A stretch of DNA of 63,976 nt, counting the filler, from a bacterium (lineage in GTDB: Bacteria > JBBIVP01): NCBI GenBank assembly GCA_037439705.1. It is 5 parts of 5 records of this genome, joined end to end, with 100 filler letters (N's around TTAATTAATTAA, not from the genome) between each part and the next. Parts side by side here need not be neighbours in the genome. Positions count along the whole stretch, not along the records: positions 40,670 to 53,729 come from JBBIVP010000039.1; 4 more parts are not named here. The stretch is one strand, 5' to 3'. Shown piece by piece: positions 42,125 through 51,066 of the stretch. The notes beneath the pieces are model-generated. The model saw nothing but the letters and a program-made list of their open reading frames with translations, was not told the origin of the DNA and made no database searches. Every line of letters starts with the position of its first letter. Position 1 is the first letter of the stretch. A program made the translations under genes and the position numbers.

Positions 42125-45118
42125 TTAAAAAAATGCCCTGAACATCTCAATTACATTATGAGGTGGCGAACCGAGGTAGATGTAATAAACTCCTCCTTCC
42201 TTCCTTACGAAAATTTTGTTAACATCGTATGCGTTGAATTTGGCATATTTTAATGGAATGGTTGGGTCTGAAACATCGTAAACATATCCGAATCCCTTAT
42301 CCGTTCCGTATATTGATACATCGTCCACTGCGAGGAAGAGATACTGGTTTAAGAGGAATATGTCATAAACCTGATAATATTCACTACCAATGAATGTGGA
42401 GGATAGAAGCACGGGAGAAGAGGGGGATGAGATATCGTGGATTATTAAATATCCTCGCGAACCTATGAAAAGGATTCCGTTTTTGAGATAAATAGATTTT
42501 GGAAGGGTTCCAACAGCTGAAAGGGTTAACTCTCCAAGAGATTCAAATGGCTCTGCTCTGAAAAGGTAAAGTCTTCCGGATTCTGAAAGAATCACAATCA
42601 ATCCATTATCAATTGCGCAGTCTTGTGCGTCTTCAAGGGATAGAACTCCGATTTCTTGGGGACTGGAAGGGTTTGATACATCTATTTTTCGCAGGTTGCC
42701 TGTTCCAGCTGCATACAGATAATTTCCTTCCTTCATAATACAGCTCATATAATCAGGAGGGCGGAAAAAGGTGAGCGGGGCAGGATAACTGATGTTTTCA
42801 AGGGATATAATCTCAATTCCATCGTCAGCCAGTGCATAGAGAATGTCGTTGCTCAGGACAAATTTTCCGTAATTTTTTCCGTCCTGAAATGAAGAGATGA
42901 AATAGGGGTCATTTATATCCGTCACATCGTATATCATAATTCCGCTTTTTTCAATTGAAAGGATGAGATAGATTTCTGAATCCTTCGGATATTCTATTAA
43001 GTCAATCAACTTTCCTGAGAAAAAAAGGATTTTTTTCATATCCGGATTTTGGAAATCTGAAAAATCAACCACCCCGAGTTCTGCTCCTGTTATGACGAAT
43101 CCGGTTCTTGTGTTCTCAGCCTCATATCCTCTTAATCTTATACATCCGGAGAAACCAAAATTTCTCATTATCTCAAAACTCGTGAGGCTTTTAGGATAAT
43201 AGGGGTCTGAGAAATCTAAGAGTTCAAGATACTGAAATGGTTCAAGCCCTGGAACAGGAGCATCACAGGTTAAAACCTTCAATTTTGAAAAACTTGTAAA
43301 TGCGCCTATGTCATTTAAAAGGGTTATCCCGGATGAGAGTTCTGATGTGATGGAACTGTTATACCTTTTTATTTCCCACATCCTGAGCTCTCCTGCGTAA
43401 TCATAATTAAACATTCTGTTCACACCGGCGAAAAGAATTGCAGGCACAGTATAGGTTGCTGAGTAAGTCCAGGATGGATATTGATAATTTTCGTAGAACC
43501 AGTCTTTAAGGATTACTCTCTTTCTGTCAAAAAAGTCATAATGTGAGCCATCAAGTTTAAAAGTTGTTGTCCCGTTGCAAAATATTTCTACATCTTCTTT
43601 TCTGCCTGTGCTAAAGAGGCTTAAGGTCAATACAGCTGTTAAAGATGGTGGATAGGTAACGGGAACCAAAAATTCGTTTTCAACCCTCTCTTCTTTTCTT
43701 CCGCTCATTCCTGCAACCATGCAATAATTGGTGGAAGAACAGTTCGGAATTCCCAGAAGGAGTTCAGGTGGTGGATTCTCGTACGGATATTCTCCAAACC
43801 TAAAATTTAAAAGGTCATAGTTATAAACCCCTATCCCGCAATTGGGATCTGTTATCATTTCAGGGGAAAGGAAAGCAAATGGAAGAAGCGAAAATACATA
43901 TTTTGGAGTTCCACACCCTGTCACCTCAACAATCCTGTCTGTTTCTCTTATATCCATGGGATTTGATAGATTTACAGAATAGGCTGCACCTTCCTCAATT
44001 AAAAAGCCCGTTATTCCTTCCACATATATCTGAGACGGTGTGAATGGAATTGAATTAATGTCATTCCATCTGGAAGAAATGGGGTTGAAAATAAAAGTAT
44101 TGGTGGCAGCAAAGACATATACTCCGGCTCCCTCTCCGTTCATGTGAAGATACCCGTTATCAGAGAATTGAAGTTCTCCTTTTGATTCGTCTCCGTGATA
44201 AACATGAATGAGTTCCATCTTCCACGGCTCTGTAACAGGTGCCTGATATATCATTATTGAAGGACTTTTTGGAACTTTTCCTATTGCTGGGACCCATCTG
44301 CTCGCTGATGTGGAAAGGTATATGAAAAGATCATCGGTTATTCTCTGTGGATATACATCTGAAACGCCAAGTTCTACTGTTATGGCGGATGTCATGGATT
44401 CTACATATGGGAAAACCTCCATTATATTGTCCGGGGTATTTCTGGAACATCCGCAGGCATTATAAACACTTCCTCCTATTCTGTATTTGCCGGTCTCTAA
44501 GAACATAAAATTTCTTGTATGATAGGAACTATACTCCTCAAAAATTTTTTCTCCGTTTCTCTCTTCAACCCAGTAATATGTTAGTGGCTGAGTGTAAATG
44601 TCCGTCGCCTCTATGTGGAAATCACATCCTCCTCCCACATTCAATTCGCACCAGGATTCCACACAGCAGGTGTTAGTCAAATACTTAACAACAGGATAGG
44701 GACATTCCACAACACCTATCTGAACTACAGAAGTGAACGGTGCAGGAGCATCACAGCCCTTTATTTCTGGAAAGGATGCCACGGAAATCTGGAAATTTCC
44801 TTCCGGAAAGTAGTAGCAGAATTCTCTATTCGGTGATACCACTTCAGTTGTCCCATCTCCGTAGCTGGCTATGTAGGTAGTTTCAACATTTTTTGTTTTG
44901 CACAATTTATCAAAAGGGATGAATCGGATGTTTTCAATAAGAAAACAGAACTTTAATTTTTCATCGCTTCCGCAATCCTTCATTCTTGTTTCTTTTCCGT
45001 CTGATACCGAAAGGGTGAATACCACCTTTCCGCAGCAGGTCTTTTCTTCATTGGATTCTCCACATCCGCATCCACTAAAAAGGATAAGAAACAGAAATAA
45101 AAAAACCCCTTTTTTCAT
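42125..45118 (-). CDS. Large Cys-rich lipoprotein with PKD-like N-terminal region and C-terminal LVIVD-like beta-propeller repeats
   Basis: Lipobox LFSGC; YGDGT and F.ETGKY PKD-like motifs; repeated (I/L).D(V/I/F)SDP..P units. Confidence 0.7.
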   Translation of the reverse strand: MKKGVFLFLFLILFSGCGCGESNEEKTCCGKVVFTLSVSDGKETRMKDCGSDEKLKFCFLIENIRFIPFDKLCKTKNVETTYIASYGDGTTEVVSPNREFCYYFPEGNFQISVASFPEIKGCDAPAPFTSVVQIGVVECPYPVVKYLTNTCCVESWCELNVGGGCDFHIEATDIYTQPLTYYWVEERNGEKIFEEYSSYHTRNFMFLETGKYRIGGSVYNACGCSRNTPDNIMEVFPYVESMTSAITVELGVSDVYPQRITDDLFIYLSTSASRWVPAIGKVPKSPSIMIYQAPVTEPWKMELIHVYHGDESKGELQFSDNGYLHMNGEGAGVYVFAATNTFIFNPISSRWNDINSIPFTPSQIYVEGITGFLIEEGAAYSVNLSNPMDIRETDRIVEVTGCGTPKYVFSLLPFAFLSPEMITDPNCGIGVYNYDLLNFRFGEYPYENPPPELLLGIPNCSSTNYCMVAGMSGRKEERVENEFLVPVTYPPSLTAVLTLSLFSTGRKEDVEIFCNGTTTFKLDGSHYDFFDRKRVILKDWFYENYQYPSWTYSATYTVPAILFAGVNRMFNYDYAGELRMWEIKRYNSSITSELSSGITLLNDIGAFTSFSKLKVLTCDAPVPGLEPFQYLELLDFSDPYYPKSLTSFEIMRNFGFSGCIRLRGYEAENTRTGFVITGAELGVVDFSDFQNPDMKKILFFSGKLIDLIEYPKDSEIYLILSIEKSGIMIYDVTDINDPYFISSFQDGKNYGKFVLSNDILYALADDGIEIISLENISYPAPLTFFRPPDYMSCIMKEGNYLYAAGTGNLRKIDVSNPSSPQEIGVLSLEDAQDCAIDNGLIVILSESGRLYLFRAEPFESLGELTLSAVGTLPKSIYLKNGILFIGSRGYLIIHDISSPSSPVLLSSTFIGSEYYQVYDIFLLNQYLFLAVDDVSIYGTDKGFGYVYDVSDPTIPLKYAKFNAYDVNKIFVRKEGGVYYIYLGSPPHNVIEMFRAFF

Positions 45119-45179
45119 TTTTTAATTATACCAGTTTTTTGCAGTTGTATTCAAATTCAAAAACCGATATAATTTAAAA
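45119..45179. promoter_or_regulatory. Divergent overlapping sigma70 promoters, both leaderless
   Basis: Plus strand: TTGTAT(45145)-17-TATAAT(45168)-6-ATG(45180). Minus strand: TTGAAT(45154)-18-TGgTATAAT(45130)-6-ATG(45118). Confidence 0.7.
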
Positions 45180-45836
45180 ATGGAACTCTTAAGGAGCAAA
45201 GAAGATGTAATCAAAAAGTTTGGAAAGTTTTATAAGAAGGGAACAATCCTTTTCAAGGAAGGGGAAGAGGGGGATAAAATGTTCATAATTCATCAGGGGA
45301 AGGTTAAGGTTTTCAGAATAATAAAAGGGGTTGAGAGGGTTCTTGCAGTTCTTGAGAAAGGAGATTTCTTCGGAGAAATGGCAATTTTCACAGAGCATCC
45401 CCGTTCTGCTTCAATAGAAGTAATAGAGGACAGTATACTCATTGAACTGACAGAGGATCAGCTTTTAGAGTTCATAAAGGAAGAACCTGCCATAGCCTTA
45501 AAGATGCTCACAATTATGGCAAAAAGGTTAGAGAACTCCAATAAATTGGTGGAGAATCTACTTCTAAAGGATGAAAGGACACAGAGCCTTAGTGCCATCA
45601 TTCAGATAGCAGAGGAGATGGAGAAAATGGGAAAGAGTGGAGATTGGTTCAGATTTGAGCCAAATTCATTTATAGCGAGAGCGGGTGTTTCCCTTGAAAC
45701 TGCTAAAATGGTCCTTGCCACAATCAAAAGAATGGGTTTAATTGAAGTAAAGGGTAAGAATATTAAGATAGTGAATCCCGCAAAGTTAAAGGAGTTCATA
45801 AACTTCCTTTTGTGGAGCAGGACTATAACACAGTGA
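45180..45836 (+). CDS. Crp/Fnr family cNMP-binding regulator
   Basis: FKEGEEG, GDFFGEMA and PRSAS cNMP-binding motifs; C-terminal wHTH-like region. Confidence 0.88.
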   Translation: MELLRSKEDVIKKFGKFYKKGTILFKEGEEGDKMFIIHQGKVKVFRIIKGVERVLAVLEKGDFFGEMAIFTEHPRSASIEVIEDSILIELTEDQLLEFIKEEPAIALKMLTIMAKRLENSNKLVENLLLKDERTQSLSAIIQIAEEMEKMGKSGDWFRFEPNSFIARAGVSLETAKMVLATIKRMGLIEVKGKNIKIVNPAKLKEFINFLLWSRTITQ

Positions 45837-46204
45837 AAAAATACAGAATAACTGTGCAGGGCAGATTTTCATCTGCACATTTTCTCAGGGGTTATAAGGG
45901 AAAGTGTGAAGCCCTCCACGGACACAATTACCTCGTTCAGTGCACAATTGAAGGAAAAGGGGTTGACGATCTTGGGATGGTGATGGATTTTAACAGGTTG
46001 AAAGGGTTACTATCAAAGGTTCTAAATGAGCTTGACCACAAGCTACTCAATGACCTTCCTCAGTTTAAAGCAAAAAACCCGACTGCTGAAAACATAGCAG
46101 AGTTTATCTATGAAGAGGTAAAAAAAGAACTTCCTCCTGATTCATTCCTCCACATAAAGGTATGGGAGACAGATGAGAGTTGTGCTGAATACTGTGACCT
46201 GTGA
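45833..46204 (+). CDS. queD: 6-carboxy-5,6,7,8-tetrahydropterin synthase
   Basis: FSSAH, CEALHGHNY, LDHKLLN, NPTAENIA and VWET motifs; GTGA overlap with crp. Confidence 0.93.
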   Translation: MKKYRITVQGRFSSAHFLRGYKGKCEALHGHNYLVQCTIEGKGVDDLGMVMDFNRLKGLLSKVLNELDHKLLNDLPQFKAKNPTAENIAEFIYEEVKKELPPDSFLHIKVWETDESCAEYCDL

Positions 46205-46863
46205 GCGGAATAGCCCTCATATCAGGAGGTCTTGATTCAACATTAGCACTTCATCTTGCAGTTAAGAAAAAAAGGTGCTCACTGGCTTTAACCTTTGACT
46301 ATGGACAGGTTTCAGGAAAGAAAGAACTTCTGGCATCCCGAAAGATATGCAAAAAGTATGGAATTAAACATATCGTCATTAAGCTTCCCTTTCTTAAAAA
46401 AATAAGCAAGAAAAGTGGACTCATATCAGGAAAAATTCCTTCAATTGAAAATCCATCGGAGGAAACTGCAAGGGCTGTCTGGATTCCAAATAGAAACGGA
46501 TTGTTTGCAAATGTAGCTGCTTGCTTTTGTGATGCAATGAACCTGAGATGGGTTATCATGGGTTTAAACAGGGAAGAGGGAATGAGTTTTCCTGACAACT
46601 CAGAAAGTTTTGTCCAAAAAATGAACGAGCTCTGGACATTTTCAACCCTCGCCAGACCAAAGCTGTGGGCTCCTCTTATTGATAAAACAAAGGAGGAGAT
46701 TCTAAAAACTGCCATTGAAGAAAAAATTGACCTTTCCTATATATGGGTTTGTTATAAAGTCGGGAAGAAGCATTGTGGAATATGTGAATCCTGTTTCAGG
46801 TTAAAAAGGGCTATGAAAAATCTCGGTGTTTTTGATAAATTTACGGAAATGTTTGAAAGATGA
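46201..46863 (+). CDS. queC: 7-cyano-7-deazaguanine (preQ0) synthase
   Basis: SGGLDS, FDYGQ, PNRNG, FPD and CY....HCGICESC Zn motif. Confidence 0.93.
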   Translation: MSGIALISGGLDSTLALHLAVKKKRCSLALTFDYGQVSGKKELLASRKICKKYGIKHIVIKLPFLKKISKKSGLISGKIPSIENPSEETARAVWIPNRNGLFANVAACFCDAMNLRWVIMGLNREEGMSFPDNSESFVQKMNELWTFSTLARPKLWAPLIDKTKEEILKTAIEEKIDLSYIWVCYKVGKKHCGICESCFRLKRAMKNLGVFDKFTEMFER

Positions 46864-47414
46864 AGACGGTTTTTACAAAAGAAGATATATTCTATGATGG
46901 AAGCCAGCTTTCTGAAAGATGGATATACAGAAAATTTGGGGTTTTGGGGGATGCGTGCGTGGCTTTTGTGGGAGGCTGTGATGTGAAACCTGAATACATG
47001 GCAGACCTTGAGGACCTTAAAGGAGAAAAACTTATAAGGGCTCAAAAGATGCTCCATTTTATTTCCGAGATATTTTCCTTTCCCCAAAAATCCTGCGTTC
47101 TCCTTCAGAAACTTTTTGTCGTTAACTTAAAGGAATTGCTTGAAATGAAGACGAAAAAACACTTTTTAAGAAGGGGAAACGACCTGTACCTTGATGAAAA
47201 GAAACTAAACATCTCGGTGGCAATTCCATCCATTTCTTCATCGCTCATCCACATAGGGTTAAACATAGATGGAACCGGAGCACCTGTTCCTGTGATTACA
47301 CTTCCAGAACTGGGAATAGAACCCGGGGTTTTCGCAGTTGAAGCCCTTGACCGAATAAGTTCAGAATTTGAAAACTCCCTTAATGCGCTTTTCAAAACCC
47401 GCTCCTCAAGATGA
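46860..47414 (+). CDS. DUF366 family protein
   Basis: YDGSQL...W.Y..FG..GD..VAF.G.CDV, D.ED, MLHFI.E, R.GNDLY, KLNISVA and H.GLNI patterns. Confidence 0.82.
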   Translation: MKTVFTKEDIFYDGSQLSERWIYRKFGVLGDACVAFVGGCDVKPEYMADLEDLKGEKLIRAQKMLHFISEIFSFPQKSCVLLQKLFVVNLKELLEMKTKKHFLRRGNDLYLDEKKLNISVAIPSISSSLIHIGLNIDGTGAPVPVITLPELGIEPGVFAVEALDRISSEFENSLNALFKTRSSR

Positions 47415-48127
47415 AAGGGTATATAAGCGAGGGATTCGTATCAATTCAGGGGGAGGGTGAATTTGCAGGAAAACCACAGTTCTTTTTGAGATTTGCTGGA
47501 TGCTCAATGAGATGTTCCTATTGCGACACAAAATATGCATGGAGAAGAAAAGAAGATTTTCTCATTCATTTTCCAGATGGGAAAAAAAGATTCAAAAATC
47601 CAGTTGACCCATTTGAGATGGCAAATTTTTTAAATTCTAAAAGAGAAAAGGGAGAGATTCCGAAAAGTATCTCAATTACTGGCGGTGAACCCTTGGAACA
47701 GGTGGAATTTTTTGAAGACCTTATTAAGGGGTTAAAAAATTTTGAAATACTTCTTGAAACAAATGGAATGCATACAGAGATAAAGGAAGAACTTGTAACA
47801 CTCGTTAATTTTTTTTCCGTTGACATAAAACTTCCGTCTTTTGTGGGTAAAGAAATCGATTATTCAGTTCATGAGGCATTTTTGAAAAAACTGAAAACCA
47901 TGGGAGCAAAGGGATACATAAAAATTGTTTTTACAAAAAAAACATCTTCAGAGGAGGTAAAAAGAGCGCTTGATTTATTTTCTTCTTCGGGAATTTACTG
48001 GAACATTTATCTTCAACCAACCTCTCCATCCCTCATCAAAAAGGGCTTGAAAATAATAAGGCAGGAACTTTATCCATTTCACTTGAGAATTCTTCCCCAA
48101 ATTCATAAAATTTTAAACCTGAAATGA
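47411..48127 (+). CDS. queE: 7-carboxy-7-deazaguanine synthase (radical SAM)
   Basis: SIQGEG, FLRFAGCSMRCSYCDT, TGGEP, LETNG, DIKLPS and PQIHK motifs. Confidence 0.93.
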   Translation: MKGYISEGFVSIQGEGEFAGKPQFFLRFAGCSMRCSYCDTKYAWRRKEDFLIHFPDGKKRFKNPVDPFEMANFLNSKREKGEIPKSISITGGEPLEQVEFFEDLIKGLKNFEILLETNGMHTEIKEELVTLVNFFSVDIKLPSFVGKEIDYSVHEAFLKKLKTMGAKGYIKIVFTKKTSSEEVKRALDLFSSSGIYWNIYLQPTSPSLIKKGLKIIRQELYPFHLRILPQIHKILNLK

Positions 48128-49542
48128 AGAGATACCCAATAATAGTTAACGGAGAAGAAAGGTACAAATCTGATTTCAGAGAAATAAGGGACCCTTATAC
48201 CGGGGAAATAATCGCTGAATTTTCACTTGCAGATGAAAAAGATATTGAAGAAGCATCTGAGGGAGTTCTGAGAGCGTTTAAAAAATTTAAACTGAGTTCA
48301 TCGGAAAGAAGAAAAATTCTTTTTCAGATTTCAAAGAAAATAAGGGAAAGGGCCGAGGAACTTGTAAAATGGGTTGTGAGGGAAGCGGGAAAACCTCTTA
48401 CACTTGCAAAAATGGAGGTTGAGAGGTGTGCTCAGACCTTTGAGATGGCAGGCGGAGAGATTCTTAACTACGGTGGAGAGGTCATTCCAATTGATGTGAC
48501 AGACTGGACCGGAAATTATTTCGGGTTTTTCAGATATTTTCCAAGAGGTCCTGTTCTTGCAATTACTCCATTTAATTTTCCATTAAACCTGCTCGCTCAT
48601 AAGATAGCCCCTGCAATAGCCATTGGTGCTCCGTTTGTGGTAAAACCCGCACCTCAAACCCCTGTTTGCGCCTACAATCTTTTGAAAATAGCATATGAAA
48701 GCGGACTCCCATCTGAATTTGCAAGTCTCATATACTGCACAAATGAATTGGCAGAAAAAATGGTAAAAATGGAAGAATTTGAAATCCTTTCGTTTACTGG
48801 AAGTGCCAAAGTTGGATGGTACCTTGAAGGGATTGCCGGTAGGAAGAAGGTTCTTCTTGAACTCGGCGGAAACGCTCCTGCAATAGTCCATAAGGATGCG
48901 GATATAAAATGGTCTGCAAGAAGGATTGTTCTTGGTGGGTTCATGTATGCTGGACAGATATGCATATCCGTTCAGAGGGTTTATGTTCATAATGAAATCT
49001 ACGAAAAGTTTAAAGAAGAATTGATTTCCGCCACAGGTGATTTAAAGGTCGGAAACCCTTTTGAAAAAGATGTGGTGGTTGGTCCGGTTATAAACGCCGA
49101 ATCAGCGGAAAGAATTGAAAACTGGATTGAGAAGGCTGTTAAAAATGGAGCAAGGTTACTTACCGCGAAGAGAAGGGAAGGAAATCTCATTTATCCTGTT
49201 ATTCTTGAGAATCCTCCTGAAGGCGAAGAGGTGGTTCGTGAGGAGATATTTGGTCCCGTTATATGCATTTTTCCTTATAATGACATTCGTTCAGCAATAG
49301 AAAAAGCAAATGATACGAAGTACGGGCTTCAGGCTGGAATTTTTACAAAGGATATAAACCTCGCCCTTTCAGCCTATGAAGAACTTGATTACGGAGGAGT
49401 AATAATAAATGACTACCCAACATTCAGAACCGACAACTTTCCATACGGAGGAATAAAGGCTTCTGGAATGGGAAGGGAGGGGATAAAATATGCAATGCTG
49501 GAAATGTCAGAGATAAAAATGTGCGTGATAAGGAAAGACTGA
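48124..49542 (+). CDS. Aldehyde dehydrogenase (GAPN/lactaldehyde dehydrogenase-like clade)
   Basis: ITPFNFP, FTGS, LELGGN, GQICIS (catalytic Cys), EEIFGPV and PYGGIKASG motifs. Confidence 0.93.
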   Translation: MKRYPIIVNGEERYKSDFREIRDPYTGEIIAEFSLADEKDIEEASEGVLRAFKKFKLSSSERRKILFQISKKIRERAEELVKWVVREAGKPLTLAKMEVERCAQTFEMAGGEILNYGGEVIPIDVTDWTGNYFGFFRYFPRGPVLAITPFNFPLNLLAHKIAPAIAIGAPFVVKPAPQTPVCAYNLLKIAYESGLPSEFASLIYCTNELAEKMVKMEEFEILSFTGSAKVGWYLEGIAGRKKVLLELGGNAPAIVHKDADIKWSARRIVLGGFMYAGQICISVQRVYVHNEIYEKFKEELISATGDLKVGNPFEKDVVVGPVINAESAERIENWIEKAVKNGARLLTAKRREGNLIYPVILENPPEGEEVVREEIFGPVICIFPYNDIRSAIEKANDTKYGLQAGIFTKDINLALSAYEELDYGGVIINDYPTFRTDNFPYGGIKASGMGREGIKYAMLEMSEIKMCVIRKD

Positions 49543-49662
49543 ACAGTGAAGAGAAAATAACTAAGGCTCTGAAAAAGAGTGGAGGGCTTTTTAGTTTCAC
49601 GATGTCAACAGAATTTTTTTGAAGAGCTCACCACGAAAAAAATTAGGGCAAATTTGAAAAAT

Positions 49663-51066
49663 TTAAAATGTCCATTTTATTCCAAAAAATCCCTCATCGT
49701 TTTCCCTGAAAAATCCGAAGGGGCTCGCCCTTCTTCCATCAAGTATGTGGGTTCCTAAAATGATTTTAAAATTGTCGTTTAATGAATAAGAGGTTCTGAC
49801 ATCAACTGCCCAGCTCATATAATTTGCATCAAGAACAAATCTTCCCTCCATTGTAAGTTTATCTTCAAGGATGCTTTTTCTTAAATAGAGACCGAGAACA
49901 GGATTAAACTGCCGGACTATAAAAAGTTTTTCTGAATAATCAGGAATAAAATACCCGCTGAATAAAAGGTTGCCGTAAATGTCCTTCGGAAATATGTAAT
50001 CAATGTTTGATGATATGGAAAGGAGGACTTTTTCACGAACCCTGAAATTCTCGTCATAAAAAATGGAAGGATAGGAAATTCCGATGTCGCCCATGAATCC
50101 TATTCCCTTCCAGGCTGTTGAAAAAGAAGCCCCTGTTGTGAGTGAGCGAACAGGGGAGGCAGTTATAAAGTGGTCTTTTGTTTTTTCATCTCCATCCGGT
50201 GTGGAATAGGCTATGATTTCAGCAGGTGTAATTGAGGCAAGTTTCTCCTCAGGAGTTCCTTTTGTCATTTCAAGGGATCTTAGAAAATCCTCATGAAAGT
50301 AAAAGGCTGGAATGTCAGTCCATCCGTAAAAGAGGACGAAAGAATAATCAAGCATACTGATTGAGGAAGCGAAATGAACTCCAATTTCTCCATTCCTTAT
50401 GTCTTTGTCGGGATAATCAAAATATACTGGGGTTATCTGCTTTTCTATTGCCTTTATACTTTCATAATCTCCTGTTTGTGTAAGAAGTTCCGGAATGAAT
50501 ATTGACCAGTCATCCTTTATTATGTTGAAATCAGGCGGTTCATAAAAGGGTATAAAAACTCCTTCAAGCGTCCAGTTTTCCTTCATCCATGAAACCTTTC
50601 CAAGAAGGATTGGCTTGTTGAAAAATTCTTCTTCCATGAACATGAACTCTCTGTAATCAAATGGTGTTGCTATGTTTAGAACGCTTACATCAGATTTTCC
50701 CCAGCTCAGAAACTGCTTTCCTACTGAGAAATCAAACTCCCCTTTTGAAAACTTTATGTAAGCCTCATAAACATCAAAGAAAAAATCTGAATCCTCCTCT
50801 TTTTCGTTCCAGAGAAGGTTGTAGAAAGACCTGCCCGAAAAAATCATCTCTCCATTTTTAAATGGAAGTTTGAGTTCAAGGAAAAACTTGTTTCTCCACT
50901 CAACGAAGTCCTCCATGAAGTTGTCCTTTTTGTAGTCAAGGTTTATCCTTGAATAAAGAATTCCCTTTACTTCAACCTCCTTTCCAAAAACCTCCATCTC
51001 CTGAGCATAAAGGGGGATATAAATAAAAAAAAACAGAGGAATCAGAATTTTACTGAAACTTTTCAA
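49663..51066 (-). CDS. Outer-membrane beta-barrel protein (DUF1302-like)
   Basis: Signal peptide, YEAY, VGKQ..SWGKSD, terminal aromatic pattern GIKWTF. Confidence 0.7.
   Translation of the reverse strand: MKSFSKILIPLFFFIYIPLYAQEMEVFGKEVEVKGILYSRINLDYKKDNFMEDFVEWRNKFFLELKLPFKNGEMIFSGRSFYNLLWNEKEEDSDFFFDVYEAYIKFSKGEFDFSVGKQFLSWGKSDVSVLNIATPFDYREFMFMEEEFFNKPILLGKVSWMKENWTLEGVFIPFYEPPDFNIIKDDWSIFIPELLTQTGDYESIKAIEKQITPVYFDYPDKDIRNGEIGVHFASSISMLDYSFVLFYGWTDIPAFYFHEDFLRSLEMTKGTPEEKLASITPAEIIAYSTPDGDEKTKDHFITASPVRSLTTGASFSTAWKGIGFMGDIGISYPSIFYDENFRVREKVLLSISSNIDYIFPKDIYGNLLFSGYFIPDYSEKLFIVRQFNPVLGLYLRKSILEDKLTMEGRFVLDANYMSWAVDVRTSYSLNDNFKIILGTHILDGRRASPFGFFRENDEGFFGIKWTF

Noticed and set aside
45833-48127. 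Dpd-type 7-deazaguanine DNA-modification defence island
   Set aside because: No dpdA/tgt-like or other dpd genes in the contig; the context is housekeeping.
49543-49662. Open, protein-like reading frame between the ALDH and OM-barrel genes
   Set aside because: No credible start or recognisable motif; could be chance in purine-rich DNA.
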